Shown here in pieces: positions 61,703 through 64,000 of a DNA stretch of 64,000 bases (its first letter is position 1; each line of letters begins with the position of its first letter). A model generated the notes under the pieces. The model was not told the DNA's origin. It worked only from the letters and a program-made list of their open reading frames with translations, and did no database searches. The stretch comes from Gammaproteobacteria bacterium (lineage in GTDB: Bacteria; Pseudomonadota; Gammaproteobacteria; Eutrophobiales; Eutrophobiaceae): the NCBI GenBank assembly GCA_965243205.1, contig CBDEUK010000002.1:864001-928000 (forward strand), in the 5' to 3' direction. Made by a program: the position numbers and the translations under genes.

Positions 61703-63169
61703 TCAAACAATACTGGATAATTGAGAAATACCGCGTTTAATATTTTCTTCTGTTATGCCTGCATATCCCAATAAAATGATTTTATTAGAATTACTTATAT
61801 CTTGAGAGTTATAAACAGTATGATGATTTAGTGTATAGATACCAACTTGTTTCGTTAACGCCTGACGCTGTAAGTTTTCTGCACTTAAAAAATTCTTCGG
61901 CAATTCCCAAACGATATGCGAACCACATTCATGACCTCTTATCGTAACTGGGCCAAACGCTTGTTCTAAAGAATCAAGCAAGCAATTTCTGCGATTTAAA
62001 TAAGTTTGTCTCAAGCGTTTAATGTGATTATCAAACCCTCCATTACTCAAAAAATCCGTCATAATAATTTGATCAAGCCAAGGTAAACCATAATCTAGCA
62101 GTGTTTTGCTACTTTTTGCATGTTCAACTAAGAATGTAGGAAGCACCATATAACCAATTCGTAAACCTGGCCCAATTGATTTTGAAAATGAACTTAGATA
62201 TATCACTCGTTCATCATTATCAAACGAACGAATTGCACGTAACGGTGAACCCTCATATCGAAAATCACTGTCATAATCCACTTCCAAGATATAAGAGTCA
62301 GTATCATTTGCCCATTTAATTAACTGCTTACGTCTATCTATTGGTAATGTGGCACATAATGGGAAATGACGTGATGGTGTTATCATTGCGACACTAATTT
62401 GGTCATTCGGTAATTCATCAATACTAATACCATCTTCATCGATTGGTACTGGAATGATTTCAGCGCCATAATTATTAAAGAGATAACTTGCACCTTTATA
62501 ACCGGGTGACTCCAATATAACCTTCGAACCATTTCGAATAAATAAATGCGAGACAATATTCAATCCCTGTTGAATGCCAGTCAATACAATTACTTGTTCT
62601 GGATCTACTTTCATACCACGGGTTACACCAAGTCTGGTAGCGATAGCTGTTTTTAATTCAAATAAACCGGTTGGATCACTGTATTTAGCCATATGGCTAT
62701 GTGCACTACTTAATCGATCATTTATGATGCGACGCCATGCTTTTGTTGGAAACGAATGTGGATCAGTTTTTTCTATTTGGAAATCATAAAGAACTTTTGG
62801 AAAGTCGATTTTGTATAGTTTTTCTTCTTTACCTTTAGTTTTTGAATTTAACTCTACTGGATGAGATTGTTTAAGCGAATTATTATTAGTGATAGTTTTA
62901 TTTATTTTTATTGCATCATCAGGAAGGATAGTACAAACATAAGTTCCAGAACCCATTTTGGATTCTATATAACCTTGTTCTATTAGTTTATCGTATGCAC
63001 CTTTAATAGTATTGCGAGATAATTGTAATTGTTCACTGAGTGTTCGACTGGCAGGCAATCGTTCGCCAGGCAATATTCGTTCTGTTTTAATTAATTCAAT
63101 GATCTGTTCTACTATTTGATATTGATAAGAACTATCATTTTCTTTTTGAATGAGAATCGATAATTCCAT
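61703..63169 (-). CDS. MocR/GabR-family PLP-dependent transcriptional regulator
   Basis: GntR HTH (RLPASRTLS..SRNT) plus aminotransferase-like domain (DYDSDFRY, SFSKSIGPGLRIGY with the PLP Lys). Confidence 0.93.
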   Translation of the reverse strand: MELSILIQKENDSSYQYQIVEQIIELIKTERILPGERLPASRTLSEQLQLSRNTIKGAYDKLIEQGYIESKMGSGTYVCTILPDDAIKINKTITNNNSLKQSHPVELNSKTKGKEEKLYKIDFPKVLYDFQIEKTDPHSFPTKAWRRIINDRLSSAHSHMAKYSDPTGLFELKTAIATRLGVTRGMKVDPEQVIVLTGIQQGLNIVSHLFIRNGSKVILESPGYKGASYLFNNYGAEIIPVPIDEDGISIDELPNDQISVAMITPSRHFPLCATLPIDRRKQLIKWANDTDSYILEVDYDSDFRYEGSPLRAIRSFDNDERVIYLSSFSKSIGPGLRIGYMVLPTFLVEHAKSSKTLLDYGLPWLDQIIMTDFLSNGGFDNHIKRLRQTYLNRRNCLLDSLEQAFGPVTIRGHECGSHIVWELPKNFLSAENLQRQALTKQVGIYTLNHHTVYNSQDISNSNKIILLGYAGITEENIKRGISQLSSIV

Positions 63170-63178
63170 ATAACACTT

Positions 63179-63799
63179 CTATTGCACTAAACCTAAATGT
63201 TCCTCATTAGCCTGTAATGCTCTATCGTATTCCATTAACTCAGCGGTTTTTTGTTTGAGTTCAGGACTGTAAAATTTGCCTAATAAATAAAACATTACGT
63301 CAATTGCTAATGTAACACCGCCACCAGTAATAATATTTCCTTCGTCTACTAAAGCAGCAGTTAATGGTTTTGCATCTGGTGCATAATCCTTGATCATATT
63401 AAGAGGAATTTTTTCTCCCGATGCAGCTAACCTTCGTGTGGTAATTTGAGAATCTCGAATAATGCCAGACGCTGCTAAGATCATAGCGCCTGTACATACA
63501 GACACTAGTTTTGCTTTATTATTTGCCGATTGAATAAATTGAAGTGTTTGCTGATTATCACACTGCTTAACCCAACCAGGCCCACCTGTAACAATGAGTA
63601 AATCAAAATCAGGGCAATCATCATATGAGTAATCCGCGATCGTTCTTACATTATTACTCAACACAACTTCGCCCTTAGTCTCAGCGACCATGAAGAATTC
63701 AATGTTGGATTCGAACCTTCGAGCCATAGATAGAACACCTGTTGTAGCGCCTACATCGATCGGTTCAACATTCTCATAGATGAGAATTGCAAATTTCAT
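63179..63799 (-). CDS. DJ-1/PfpI family protein (isonitrile-hydratase-like clade)
   Basis: VEPID, VTGGPG, SVCTGA (nucleophile Cys), TGGGVTLAID, ELMEY. Confidence 0.85.
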   Translation of the reverse strand: MKFAILIYENVEPIDVGATTGVLSMARRFESNIEFFMVAETKGEVVLSNNVRTIADYSYDDCPDFDLLIVTGGPGWVKQCDNQQTLQFIQSANNKAKLVSVCTGAMILAASGIIRDSQITTRRLAASGEKIPLNMIKDYAPDAKPLTAALVDEGNIITGGGVTLAIDVMFYLLGKFYSPELKQKTAELMEYDRALQANEEHLGLVQ

Positions 63800-63915
63800 T
63801 GTGGTATTTTCTCTTTTGATAAAAATATTGCGACCAAATGTTGCCTGATAGTATCCTGTAGGTCAACAATCATTTACTAAAGCATATTAGGAATGTTTAA
63901 TACTCACTAAAACTT

Positions 63916-64000
63916 ATGAATAAAGAATCTATTGAAATGTTAATTGGTCTACGGCTTAAAGAACTGCGAAAAATACGCGGGATCACTCTTGAAACCTTAG
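63916..64000 (+). CDS. XRE-family helix-turn-helix regulator; runs off the window end
   Basis: Hand translation MNKESIEMLIGLRLKELRKIRGITLETL. Confidence 0.7.
   Translation, partial: MNKESIEMLIGLRLKELRKIRGITLETL

Overview
AT-rich chromosomal window from a gammaproteobacterium, inferred from gene content and order. Bases 1 to about 34.6 kb are mostly core housekeeping: a partial GAF/HD-GYP gene, htpG, glyA-nrdR-ribD-ribE-ribBA(X)-ribH-nusB-thiL, class I cyaA, mtnP, mfd-csiV, the gyrA-pheA-hisC-tyrA-aroA-cmk-rpsA-ihfB-lapA-lapB string (serC and pyrF absent), and mtnA/mtaD. From about 34.6 kb to the end is a patchwork of small accessory modules, many with a redox or stress theme: exported katG with oxyR, an OhrR-like MarR facing a P460/c'-beta cytochrome, AraC with a YHS protein, a cupredoxin, a VPLPA-CTERM protein, a GGDEF protein, MATE plus methyltransferase, and a MocR/DJ-1/NTF2/molybdo-enzyme cluster. 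I saw no rRNA, tRNA, CRISPR array, integrase or transposase. The best leads are: (1) a MocR-type regulon defined by four copies of a 12-bp motif, in two pairs with the same 24-bp period, upstream of an orphan molybdopterin enzyme and an NTF2-like protein; (2) a perfect 24-bp operator coupling an OhrR-like sensor to a Met-type c'-beta cytochrome instead of ohr; (3) an unannotated 34-aa leader peptide upstream of MATE-methyltransferase; (4) a candidate ~60-nt sRNA with an anti-SD seed; (5) a beta-clamp-like QLNLL motif in a NrdR C-terminal extension. All product calls come from motif recognition by eye; no searches were run.
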